Position numbers and translations under genes: made by a program. From Yuukianura sp. NJ FZ-2021 (Eukaryota), in the NCBI GenBank assembly GCA_046563655.1, contig CM102283.1, forward strand, positions 930,001 through 994,000: DNA of 64,000 bases, in the 5' to 3' direction. Under the pieces are notes generated by a model that did not search any database, was not told where the DNA came from, and saw only the letters and a program-made list of their open reading frames with translations. This document shows, in pieces, positions 13,079-23,170 of this stretch. Every line of letters starts with the position of its first letter. Position 1 is the stretch's first letter.

Positions 13079-15121
13079 CTATTTAAGAATTTGCACTCTC
13101 GCTTTGGCCCTATCACTAAATATGTTACAACATTTTGTAAAGGTTTGATGTAACAGACGTAAATTATCCATAACGTACTCGACTACAAATGTCAATACTG
13201 AAGGTACTACTAGAAGTCCAAGCAACACTGCAAATGCTACCCAAATTTTATCACTCAAACTTAGGGTCTTTACAGCAATAATGTTGTTCCTGGGAATTTT
13301 AGTCTTTTCATATATCATAAGGTAATAATTATCTAAGTTTCTCCAAAATTTAACAATTCCCGCTTCCTCCATTGATTTCAAAGCTGGACGTATTTTCGGA
13401 TCTGTTACGCGGTACAGTTTCCATCCAGCGGTTATATTTCCTAAGCTATCTTTTCCTTTGGCAAGGGTTTTGCTACTTTGATCATCAGAAATTTTCCACA
13501 AGGCGTATTCTATGTCAATCATACTTGACCAGTCAGCGTAAGCTGCACTACAATTCTTGATTAACATAGTAAGTGGGCCTTGTTCTGTAATATTATTATA
13601 ATCAATATCATCCCACGGTACAAATAATTTGTCTACAACGTTTCGTATTATTTGTGGTACATAACTACTATTACTCTCTCTGACAAATTTTTTCCACGAG
13701 ATGATGTGCGGATTTTTTCCTAAAGATGCATATATCATTGGAACTATAACTAGCTTTGCATGATCCGGAGGGTAACTAGGATAATCTATCGTGTCTTCAT
13801 TAAAATTCATTTCCTTCTTGATAGTTTTTCCTTGCCGTCTTAAGTTTTCCCACGAATCTCGTATTTCCTTTTGCTCCTTTTTCCAATCTGTTTTATAGTG
13901 GCTTACACCACCATACTGTGGGCGTATATAAATCGTTAAATTCTTGGCTACCAAATGATCAAAAGTGGTAACAAGTGTTGGAACTCTAGGTGAAATTATA
14001 TCAGTGGTGAAACAGCTTCTGTAACCATTGGTAACAATAATAAAGCCCAATGACATTGTGCTTACGATCCAGTACATGGCAGGTAAACGATGTGGATTAC
14101 CAGCGGATTCTATATTATGTTCAACCAATGCAGAATACACAGTTAAAAACCCATTACATTTCAAACCATTGACCTTTGATACAACGTTAGCTGTTACAGC
14201 CAAACCAAAAAGTGCACTAACCAGAATAGCCCAAATATTTATTGTAAATGGAGTAACGAAACTTCTAAAATCTGAGGTATTTTCTAGTAGACCGTCACAA
14301 GTTAAAAATATAAATTTTAAATTAGTGGAGATGTAAGGTGTAGGCTCAACAACCATAAATTGGACGACAGGGTACATAATTAAATACGTAAAATTGTAAA
14401 AGTTAAAATTATTTTTATATTCACCAAACAGTTCCCTGGTCCAAATTGTGGTGCTATTAGTCATTGCTGTTTTAAGTAGAATGGATTCCCATGTACCTTG
14501 CTTGTATTTATAAGGCGACGAATACAAAACATTATACGGGGTTCCACTCCATATCCAATTTTGGTGTTTGTCTACTGCTTTCCATTGTTCTTTGAGACTA
14601 GTTAAATTTTTAGGATCTGTTAGCGAAATTAGTTGATGCGATAAATGGATGCACCGTTGACAAATTACCCAACTTTGCCCAATTTCATAAGTGTTTGACC
14701 TGGCAACATTATGCGAGGAATACCTGTTTGACCTATTGGCGGTATACAGGTTTGACCTTGTGATGCTATCCGAGAAATACGAAATTGACTTCGATACTGT
14801 ATCTGAAGAGTATTTGGTTGACTCCGATACGGTATCTGGAAAATACTTGCCAGCTCTAGTGCCGATATATAAGGAGTAAACAAGAAATTGGTATACGGTG
14901 CGAAAATCTATTCCTCCATACAATGTTGTTGCTTTATGGTACCAGTGGTGAATTAGTGTTTCACTGTAAGGTGCAACCAATGAAAAGATGCTGGAACGGT
15001 CCAGTACAAATTCGTTTAAACCAACATTCCCATTCCATTTAAGTTCATTTTGCCATGGCCTTGGCCAGAGATATAAATTCCGTGGGATGGGTATATTTTC
15101 TGCACATATTTTTGATTCTGG
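13079..15121 (-). pseudogene. 3' part (681 codons including stop) of an intronless divergent IR-like chemoreceptor gene split by the nested insertion
   Basis: Uninterrupted ORF with IR/iGluR-type topology: PFTINIWAILV (M1), FIIVTNGYRSCFTTDII (M3-like), SMEEAGIVKFW (end of S2) and LSLSDKIWVAFAVLLGLL..FVVE (M4). Confidence 0.8.
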
Positions 15122-15137
15122 TATATCAAATGATGGG

Positions 15138-15169
15138 AGTTCGATTTGAGATCCTGACGGAGACGGTCG
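15138..15169 (+). promoter_or_regulatory. Putative internal Inr + DPE Pol II promoter of the non-LTR element
   Basis: Taking the A of AGTTCG (15138) as +1, GGTCG (RGWYV consensus) lies exactly at +28..+32 (15165-15169). This layout is known from jockey/I/Doc-type LINE promoters. Confidence 0.55.
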
Positions 15170-15242
15170 CATCTTATTGCTGCTCTCTCTAATCATAGAT
15201 TGTATTCTAATTTGCTAAGTTGGGATTGTGACAATAGTGGAA

Positions 15243-16028
15243 ATGTCAAAGTTGCTCCGCTCCCCGACACTCAACCCGTACAACACCCCAAGGACCTCAA
15301 GGTCAACCCTTACTGCATCTAATTCGGATCTACTGCAGCCCTCCGCCTTAAAACGACCAGCTTCTTCACCGCTGACCAATGACGACAAAAAAAACAAGGA
15401 TTCAGCTCCACCCACTGACCCTCTGTCAGGCACTTTAGAAGAACAAATGCGTTTCTTAGTACGACAATTTCTAGAATGGCAACCGATGTGGGAAAAACTA
15501 AAAGGGATCGACACAGTTGACCCAATTGCAGTAAGTGAACGATTTACAGCCATTGACGAAGAACTGAACCGTGTCAACAAGAAGCTTATTGCCACAAACA
15601 TCATCATCGCCGGTCTTGACGAGACGAATGATGAATCATTTGAGACCCTATACGGTACGGTTCGTAACGTTTTTCAAAAACTGAGCCTTGCATCGCTTGA
15701 CTTCAGCCAATGCCGAAGATTAGGAAGGAAGACCAACAGACCCAGGCTTGTCCAAGTGCAGCTACTACGAGAACGAGATAAATTCACCATTTTAGAGCGG
15801 AAGTCTCAGCATCGCAACGATCCGTTCCTAAAGACAATTTTCATCAATCCGGAAAGAACGAAAATGGATCGCCAAAAAGAAGGAATTTTGAGAGCTGCCA
15901 GGAAACAACTACGAGACGACCACCCTGGAGCCAGGTTTCAGATTCGACAAGGCAAGATGACCATGGTAAATGGGAACTCAGTCAAAACATTTACAGTTGA
16001 CTCAGAAGGAGCCGTCCTTCCAGCCTAA
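15243..16028 (+). CDS. LINE ORF1-like RNA-binding protein (coiled coil + RRM + CTD, Transposase_22-like), 261 aa
   Basis: Intact ORF from ATG 15243 with NIIIAGLDE, CRRLGRK..RPRLVQVQL and IFINPERTKMDRQ motifs, typical of L1-like ORF1 carried by CR1/L2-group elements. Confidence 0.85.
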   Translation: MSKLLRSPTLNPYNTPRTSRSTLTASNSDLLQPSALKRPASSPLTNDDKKNKDSAPPTDPLSGTLEEQMRFLVRQFLEWQPMWEKLKGIDTVDPIAVSERFTAIDEELNRVNKKLIATNIIIAGLDETNDESFETLYGTVRNVFQKLSLASLDFSQCRRLGRKTNRPRLVQVQLLRERDKFTILERKSQHRNDPFLKTIFINPERTKMDRQKEGILRAARKQLRDDHPGARFQIRQGKMTMVNGNSVKTFTVDSEGAVLPA

Positions 16029-16281
16029 ATTTTTAACGCCAAAATTTTGTGTTTGTAATTTTTCTTTTCATCGACCCCACCTAAAATCACTTTAATGCCT
16101 AGTTTAGTCATGATCTAAGTTGAACTGTACTTTGAACTTTTTCCTAAACGAGTTAAAGTTAGAAGCTGATCATTGTAACATTGTAACAGTTAGCACATTC
16201 CTAACTCAGCAGCTCATCAACACAAAGAAATGTGACCCTGATTTAGCCTTATTGAGCAATTTCTCAACTTCAGCTTTCCAT

Positions 16282-16701
16282 TGTAGTGAAATGATAAAAT
16301 AAATGAAACAAAATCTTCACTACTAATGTCTTTGCAATGTTTTGCAATAGGAAAGGTTATTGAACTTTATTTCAACGGACAAAGTTTGTGACAAGGCATT
16401 AGGAGTAGGACACTAAGTCCTATTGACCAGAGGTCAGAAAGTAGAAAACAGAATGAATCTTGCTGGCCGGACTGAGCCCTTTTATAGGGTCTCAGCCGGA
16501 AACCAGCGGAGTAAAACAAAGTCGAATTCTACCCTACTTTGTATGTATGGAAATCATTTGTAGGCTTAACGTCTAATTACTACAACAAAAGACAAGTTGT
16601 ACATAGGTTGTGTTTGTTAAGAAAAGTATAACAATGATCTATTTTTAGCAATGAACTCTAATGAACTTTAGTGAATATGAAAAACTGACTGTTTCATAAC
16701 A
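16282..16701 (-). repeat. 3' LTR (420 bp)
   Basis: Matches 22621-23040 except for two single-T homopolymer indels seen by eye. TATAAAA and AATAAA are present on the minus strand. Confidence 0.97.
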
Positions 16702-16714
16702 TCCTACCCTCCTT
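16702..16714 (-). other. Polypurine tract
   Basis: AAGGAGGGTAGGA directly abuts the TG of the 3' LTR. Confidence 0.9.
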
Positions 16715-17485
16715 AGGGTTGCGACTCTCCTGAGTTCGCAAATCGAGGTCGTTGAATTAAGCAATTCTTAGCCTTGTGACCGAAGCGGTTACAGGAGAAG
16801 CAGCGACGGGGACGACGTCGATGGGGGGTTTGAGATGTCATGGATGCGACGGCTGCCTTGAGGTCTTTGACATCGGCCAGGACCACGACCGGTTTTCCAG
16901 ATGACTTCTGGTGGGTCTGAGGATTGAAGTGGGGCCGTTTAGGAGGTGGATCCAGGGCAGTCGACATCCGCATGAAGTTGAATGGTCGTCTGACGTGCGT
17001 AGTAGATTGGTTATGGTCCTCCCGTTGATCTCCAGTCAATGGCCTTGTCGTCGTCACCGTTTGTTTTTTAGGAATCCTCCACCGGTCAAAGTTCGTCTTC
17101 CCATCAGGCGGGTTGCAGTTTATGAGTAATGGCACGGACGGAGCCTTCGACATAGACGGAACCGGAACCGGAATGGTGGACGAAGTGGTGTTGACGGACA
17201 TCGGTGACATCGGAGTAGACAGGAGATGCTCGGAGACGGAATTACCTAGAAAAAGAAAAGAAAATATTAGTAAATGTTGATTTTAGAAAAAGTGGAAGGT
17301 GCAATGACCGTTCATTGCATGACACTCCACAGAGTGTCATAGGCAGTACGTAATATGACTAACAGTGAAATGTTGACCTTTGACACAAAAGAGGAATCTA
17401 AGTTGAAAAAAAAAATGAACTTACCATTGTCTTCATCAATGTGAAGAAGCTGTTCCTCTGTGTCCATGTCAATCTCACTAGTCAT
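16713..17485 (-). CDS. Spliced third gene of the gypsy element: join(17485-17425, 17245-16713), 197 aa, Arg-rich/CCHC zinc-knuckle protein
   Basis: Donor G|GTAAGT (17424), branch-like TACTAAT (17272-17266) and polypyrimidine + TAG acceptor (17246). Splicing joins MTSEIDMDTEEQLLHIDEDN-G in frame to the 16713-17210 ORF, which ends HRRRPRRCFSCNRFGHKAKNC...*. Confidence 0.75.
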
Positions 17486-20400
17486 ACTGCCAATCACCGT
17501 ATCGGTCAGGAGCCTTCCTTTTACGAGTTGATCTTCTTGTAGGGGCAGTGACCCTTGGTGGAGGAGATGGTGGAGCAGAGATTTCTTCCTCGGAGGACGA
17601 TGAAATTGAGACAAAGTCGTCTCCTTCATTTTCAGTCCTATTTATAGGGTCGAGGTCAATCACTTCACTATCACCAGCACTGTCACTGTCTGAGTCTACG
17701 TGACTTACTCGTCTAGGCAATGACCTGGACGAATGTCCACTAATTTCCCTACTGGAAACACTCTTGTTATGTTTTGAATTTTTACTTTTGTAACTTTTTG
17801 GTGACTTAAAATCAGAAGTTTCAGCTGATCGTGTATGAGAATGAGTGGAGCGAGTGGACTTGCTATGACTCACTGACTGCTCCTTCTTCCTTCCCACTGG
17901 CGATGAAAGAGAAACTTTTGGTGCATCTTTGTGCTTGTCTAGAGATTTCACTTTTCTACTCAGCTCATCAGTGAACTCACTTTCGCTACTTTCACTGTCA
18001 GAGCTGGGCATAAATTCTGAATTAAAATGTTCTAAATCTCTGACATGCACAATTACCTTTTTTGACTTACTATTTAGCTTTTTAATTTCATAATTGACTG
18101 GACTTGTTTGTTTTAAAATTTTGTAAGGTCCATCTTTTTGTGCAATGAACGCTTTTGAGAGGCCTTTCTTTTTAATAGGTTTTGACCTTAAAACAAGTTC
18201 GCCAACTTGAAAATCATGTTGATGCCTATTCTTATTGACTCGGGATTTTGACTTTTCATGATTTTCTTTGGATTTTAATTGAGCTTGGTGTCTATTATAT
18301 TCTAATTCTTCAAAATCTAGTTCTTGGTCAGAATTAAAATTCGGAAGCTGCAAATCTATCGGTAAAACTGCTTCTCGACCAAAAACCAAATAAAATGGGG
18401 AAAAGTCAGTTGATGAATGCTTTTTAATGTTGTAAGCTAATGTCGCTTGCTCTAAGCATAAATCCCAGTTTTTGTGATTTTCATCAACTGTTTTGGCAAT
18501 AATTTTCTTGACAGTTTTGTTACATCTTTCTGTCATTCCATTGGCTTGCGGATGATATGGAGCTGTGAATTTTAGCTTAAAGCTAAATTCTTCTGCTGCA
18601 GCTTTTACTAAATTTGCAGTAAAGTGTCTTCCTCTATCAACCACAAATTCCTTTGGAAGAGAGTGAGTGTAAATAATCTTGGACTTAATGGCTTTTACCA
18701 CCTCTTCTGCTGTCGCACTTGGTGCGGCAACAGTTTCTGAGTATCTGGTGAAGTGGTCAATGAAAACAATTGCATATTTGTTGCCATTTTCTGACTTTAC
18801 AAAGGGTCCAATCCAATCAATTCCCACTCTTTCGAAGGGTTTCGTCACCTCAGGAAAACTTTGCATCAAACCATACTCAGGACCAATTCTTTTCCTAAAT
18901 TTCTGACAAACTTCACACCCTAGGATATATTTTCTTGTATCACGGTACATTCCTTTCCAATGAAACCTACTTCGGACTGATTCCCAAGTTTTTGTAATTC
19001 CAAAATGGCCTGCTAAATCTCCACAATGCAGAGAATCTAAAACGGCTTTTCTTAAGCATTTTGGAACGACTATTTTCCATTGGTTGCCTGAAGGTGCAAA
19101 ATTTGGAAATAATAAAATTCCATTTTGTAAACTATAGTCCTGTAATTGTTTTACATTAGGTTGAGGTATATTATATTCATCATTTTCCACAGACTCAATG
19201 TAAAGAATAATCGATTTCAAAAAGTGGTCAGATCTCTGTTTGACTTTTAATTCGTTTATTGTAAACAAGTCAGGGACGCCATCCAAAACAAGAACTTCAG
19301 AGCTGTCCATGCTCTCTGGTGGGTCGACTGGGTAACGTGACAAGGGGTCAACGTCATTCGCAGTTTTCCCTGGTCTATGTACAATAGTCATGTCTTGATT
19401 TTGCAGTGTAATTGACCATCTAGCCAGCCTACTATTTACATCTTTAATGGAAAACAACCATTTTAGGGCATAGTGATCAGTGTACACTGTGTATTTGGTT
19501 CCATAAATGTATGGCCTAAACTTTTTAACAGAAAAGACTACTGCTAGACATTCTTGTTCGGGTCCCGAATATTTTCGTTCCGCTTCTGTCATACTTCGGC
19601 TAGCGTAAGCTATGACGCAGGGTTTTCCATTTTGGATTTGGACCAGGGTTGCCCCGATTCCATACCCACTGCTATCACAGTGCACTTCCGTTGGGACATT
19701 GTCCATTGGGTATGACAAAATTGGACTTTTGACCAGACATGATTTTAATTTTTGAAAGGCTTCATTTTGTTTTTCACCCCAGTCAAATTTTTGATTTTTT
19801 CTTGTCAAAAGAGTGAGGGGGATTGCAATTCTACCAAAATTTTGGATGAAGCGTCTATAATAACCGCACATTCCTAAAAATGATTTAATGTCGGTTTGAT
19901 TTTTTGGAATTGGAAAATTATCAATTACATTTGTTTTATCCGGATCTACTTGAATTCCATTTTCTGAAATAATGTGGCCCAGATAATTAAGTTTATTGGT
20001 TCCAAAAATGCACTTGCTGATTTTCAGGGTTAAGCCCGCTTCTTTCAGTCGGTTTAGAACAGTAAAGAGTCTAGAATTGTGCTCCTCAAAAGTTCTTCCC
20101 CAAACAACAAGGTCATCCAAGTAAACGAGTACAATATTCCATTTCAAGTTTAATAAAACCAAATCCATTAAATATTGGAAACTAGATGGAGCATTACAGA
20201 GTCCCATAGGAAGTCTCTTGAATTGGTAAAGGCCGTCAGGAGTTATAAATGCCGTTTTCTCTTTGTCTTTTGGGTCTAACTCAATTTGGTAGAACCCAGA
20301 CAACAAATCTAGTACAGTAAAGTACTTGGCACCTGACAGTCTATCCAATGCATCGTCCATTCTAGGCAATGGATAAGAGTTTTTCTTGGTAATTGCATTT

Positions 20401-21712
20401 AATTTTCTATAGTCAATCACCAGTCTTGAACTTCCGTCCTTTTTAGGAACGAGTATTACTGGAGATGACCAAGGAGAAATTGATTCTTCGATAATATCAC
20501 TTTCAAGAAGCTTATTTATTTTTTCCTTAATTTTGCTTCTTTGAGGATAGGAAACTCGATAGGGATAATTCCTAATTGGAGGATTTGTGCCTGTGTCAAT
20601 TTGATGACGAACAAGGCTTGTTTTCCCTAATTCGGTCTCATCTTCCGCAAATAGCGTTGGAAATTGATTAATCAAATTTCTCAGCTCATTTTTCTCATCA
20701 TTGGACAAATTGTCTCCCAATTTTGGCTCAAAATTTCCAAAAGTTTGTTCACCTGAATCGATGGTGTCGCCATCTTCAGTAAATGAATAAATGTTTTTCT
20801 TTGGTGGACAAATTTCGCCATAAGCAATTGTTGTGCCTTTGTTCAAGGTCACTTCAAAATCATTTAAATTTGTAATCCATAATTCGGTTTCATGATCCCT
20901 GACAATTGAATAGACATAAGGTTGAAGTAAGGCCTGTGTCTCATAGAGTGTCATGTTGGGATTCATAATAATTGAACCAGAAATAATTTTGTCTGACTTA
21001 ACAGCGACCTTGGAGGTCATTCTGGCTTGAAGCCGTACTGTTTTTGTCAGTTTAAATTTATTTGGTTGAGGTTTTTCCTCATTTTTTGAACATTCGGTAA
21101 TTGGTATTTCATCATCAATATTAGTAATTTCCTGTTTATTTAAGTTTCTTGTTGTCCAATCAGTCCCAAGTAGCATTTTTGGCTTGAGTCCCTTCATTAT
21201 GTGAAATCCCCAAATTGTGAGAACACCGTTGAAGTGGAACCTCAATTCAACCATTTCATCTATGCTTGTTTGGCTGTTGGCTGTATTGACCGTGACAGGT
21301 GGAATTTTGTATCTTTTGTGAATTTGACCTTTGAGGTCATTCAGGAAGTCCAAGCCGATGCTGCTAAAATTAGCTCCTTCATCAACTTGAATTTTGAAAG
21401 TTTTGTCACCGAACGTAAGTTCGGTAAAAAGTTTTGGACCGTACCGCCATTTTCTGAACGGTACTTGCACTTTAGTGCCCTCTACAGAGGTTTCCGGAAC
21501 GGATTCCGTAAAGTAATTGATTTTATTTAAATTTTGTTTAACTTTACTAGCATAACTTTCGCTAGTAGTTGATTTATTTTGATTTTTTGAAAAATTTGAA
21601 TTTTCAAATATTAAAGTATTTTTTCCTATTTTAGAATTGTTTAGTTTTTGTAAACTGAAATTATACGCTGTTTTTAAATTGGGGTGTGCGTAATCACCCG
21701 TGACAATTAGTT
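17478..21712 (-). CDS. pol: Pol polyprotein (protease, RT, RNase H, integrase, long Ser/basic tail), in the -1 frame relative to gag
   Basis: VDEGA (PR), SPWSSP/IDYRKLN/YLDD (RT), CDSSGYGIGA/YTDH (RH), H..GHFG..CEVC, IDWIG/VDRG/TERCN (IN), GPY and RRSTRKRKAPDRY. The frame stays open upstream of 21470 up to the gag stop region. Confidence 0.97.
17639..17646 (-). promoter_or_regulatory. Putative internal TATA box for the third gene
   Basis: GACCCTATAAATA lies within the pol 3' end and shares the GACCCTATAAA context with the LTR TATA. The first ATG after the expected TSS (~17615) is 17485. Confidence 0.5.
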
Positions 21713-22594
21713 TTTTGTGTTTGTCTCCTCAGTTTGTTCCTCGGGTAAAACTGCTGAGGAGAAAGAAGCACTTCCCGATTTGGTTTTGTTTTTATGCCAG
21801 CAGTCATCCAATGTGTGCCCTGGCTTTTTGCAAAATGTGCAAAATTTTCGTTTTTTGAAATGCTGATTTGAATTTTTATTCAAATCAGTGTCCGACGTTG
21901 AAGGTGTTTCCTTCTCGCCACTGGAATTTGAATTTGGTTTAGATTTTTGTGTTCCAGAACTGGAACTACTAGAATTTGCATTTTGGAATTGACCTCGTCT
22001 GTCTTGAAACGAAGGTTTTTCGCATTTTCTTAGTTTTTGCAAAATTTCGGCAGGTGACTTAGGGTCAACAAGGGTCATCATGTTTCTCATAGAAACTGGT
22101 AAGCCCTTAATCAATTTTTCAACTTGTTTTTCGGCTGACATGTCGGGGTCAATGACCGACAGACATGACAGTCGTTTGGCGACATACTCAGATGGAGTGT
22201 CGCAGTTAACAAGAAGAATTCCCTTTAATTTTTTCTTCATTTCTAATTTGACCTCATCGGGGTCATAAAAAGATCGGAGCTCAGCTTTGAGCTCTGTCCA
22301 TCTTGTGGCTGCATTGGCCAAGGTCAAGTCACGAATAAACTTGGCCTGCGACCAGCGCCACCATTCCTGTGCTTCTCCTTCCATCAATTGATGGAAGTTC
22401 AGGATCAGCGTCACGCTGTCCAAAGCACCTGACGCCAATAGGGCATCCAACCTCAGGGTCAACAGGTCAACGTTCGATTTGCCATCAAATAGAGGCACAG
22501 AACGGACCACCGCCTTAAGGTCATTTACTCTGGGCAACGCATGCGTTGACCCAGGGGTCATTGTTTGAGCATTTTCGCTTCCTGTGGAAGCCAT
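21707..22594 (-). CDS. gag: Gag (capsid + CCHC nucleocapsid knuckle), 295 aa
   Basis: VPLFDGKS, MEGEAQEWW, LIKGLP and CTFCKKPGHTLDDC motifs. Confidence 0.93.
   Translation of the reverse strand: MASTGSENAQTMTPGSTHALPRVNDLKAVVRSVPLFDGKSNVDLLTLRLDALLASGALDSVTLILNFHQLMEGEAQEWWRWSQAKFIRDLTLANAATRWTELKAELRSFYDPDEVKLEMKKKLKGILLVNCDTPSEYVAKRLSCLSVIDPDMSAEKQVEKLIKGLPVSMRNMMTLVDPKSPAEILQKLRKCEKPSFQDRRGQFQNANSSSSSSGTQKSKPNSNSSGEKETPSTSDTDLNKNSNQHFKKRKFCTFCKKPGHTLDDCWHKNKTKSGSASFSSAVLPEEQTEETNTKN
21710..21716 (-). promoter_or_regulatory. -1 ribosomal frameshift slippery site A AAA AAC
   Basis: The heptamer immediately precedes the gag TAA. The -1 frame reads without a stop into pol. A GGGTG/CACCC stem lies about 10 nt downstream. 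Confidence 0.85.
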
Positions 22595-22602
22595 AGGATT
22601 CA

Positions 22603-22618
22603 GCAGCTCGTACCACCA
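22603..22618 (-). other. Primer-binding-site-like sequence
   Basis: TT then TGGTGGTACGAGCTGC directly after the 5' LTR. The cognate tRNA was not identified. Confidence 0.6.
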
Positions 22619-22620
22619 AA

Positions 22621-23040
22621 TGTAGTGAAATGATAAAATAAATGAAACAAAATCTTCACTACTAATGTCTTTGCAATGTTTTGCAATAGGAAAGGTTATT
22701 GAACTTTATTCAACGGACAAAGTTTGTGACAAGGCATTAGGAGTAGGACACTAAGTCCTATTGACCAGAGGTCAGAAAGTAGAAAACAGAATGAATCTTG
22801 CTGGCCGGACTGAGCCCTTTTTATAGGGTCTCAGCCGGAAACCAGCGGAGTAAAACAAAGTCGAATTCTACCCTACTTTGTATGTATGGAAATCATTTGT
22901 AGGCTTAACGTCTAATTACTACAACAAAAGACAAGTTGTACATAGGTTGTGTTTGTTAAGAAAAGTATAACAATGATCTATTTTTAGCAATGAACTCTAA
23001 TGAACTTTAGTGAATATGAAAAACTGACTGTTTCATAACA
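22621..23040 (-). repeat. 5' LTR (420 bp)
   Basis: On the minus strand it starts TGTTATG and ends CACTACA, followed by the PBS-like site and gag. Confidence 0.97.
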
Positions 23041-23113
23041 CCATCAAGACGATTAATGCATGATCCTGTAATTCGAACTCCCTGTGACCCGTTTAGAGGC
23101 AAATGATTTTTTG

Positions 23114-23142
23114 GCTCCATGGGCTTCGGGCCCGTAGGGAGC
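23114..23142 (+). other. 3' stem-loop of the non-LTR element
   Basis: GCTCC-ATGGGC-TTCGG-GCCCGT-AG-GGAGC, about 12 nt before AATAAA and the A tail. Confidence 0.75.
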
Positions 23143-23170
23143 GGCTACATACAAATAAAAAAAAAATATA

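Larger units (their letters stand above)
16282..23040 (-). mobile_element. Full-length Ty3/gypsy LTR retrotransposon (6759 bp)
   Basis: TG...CA LTR pair, 4-bp TSD CCAT (16278-16281 and 23041-23044), PBS-like site, PPT, gag, and pol in PR-RT-RH-IN order. Confidence 0.98.
15136..23170 (+). mobile_element. ORF1-only non-LTR retroelement (~1272 bp once the nested gypsy and one CCAT are removed)
   Basis: 14-bp TSD TATATCAAATGATG at 15122-15135 and 23171-23184. AATAAA and an A-rich tail just before the right TSD. LINE ORF1-type CDS present. No endonuclease or RT ORF. Confidence 0.9.

Noticed and set aside
15136-15196. ATG 15196 as the native start of the 705-aa receptor
   Set aside because: It lies inside the inserted element. 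The native start is 23509, by paralog comparison and TSD.
16120-16302. ORF2/RT remnant of the non-LTR element
   Set aside because: No endonuclease or RT motif is recognisable and the ORF runs into the LTR. A very diverged C-terminal remnant cannot be excluded without a search.
16713-17210. env gene
   Set aside because: Too short, with no signal peptide or transmembrane anchor.
17312-17629. Stand-alone 105-aa ORF
   Set aside because: Its 5' part overlaps pol and its 3' part is intron-like T-rich sequence. Only 17485-17425 is supported, as an exon.
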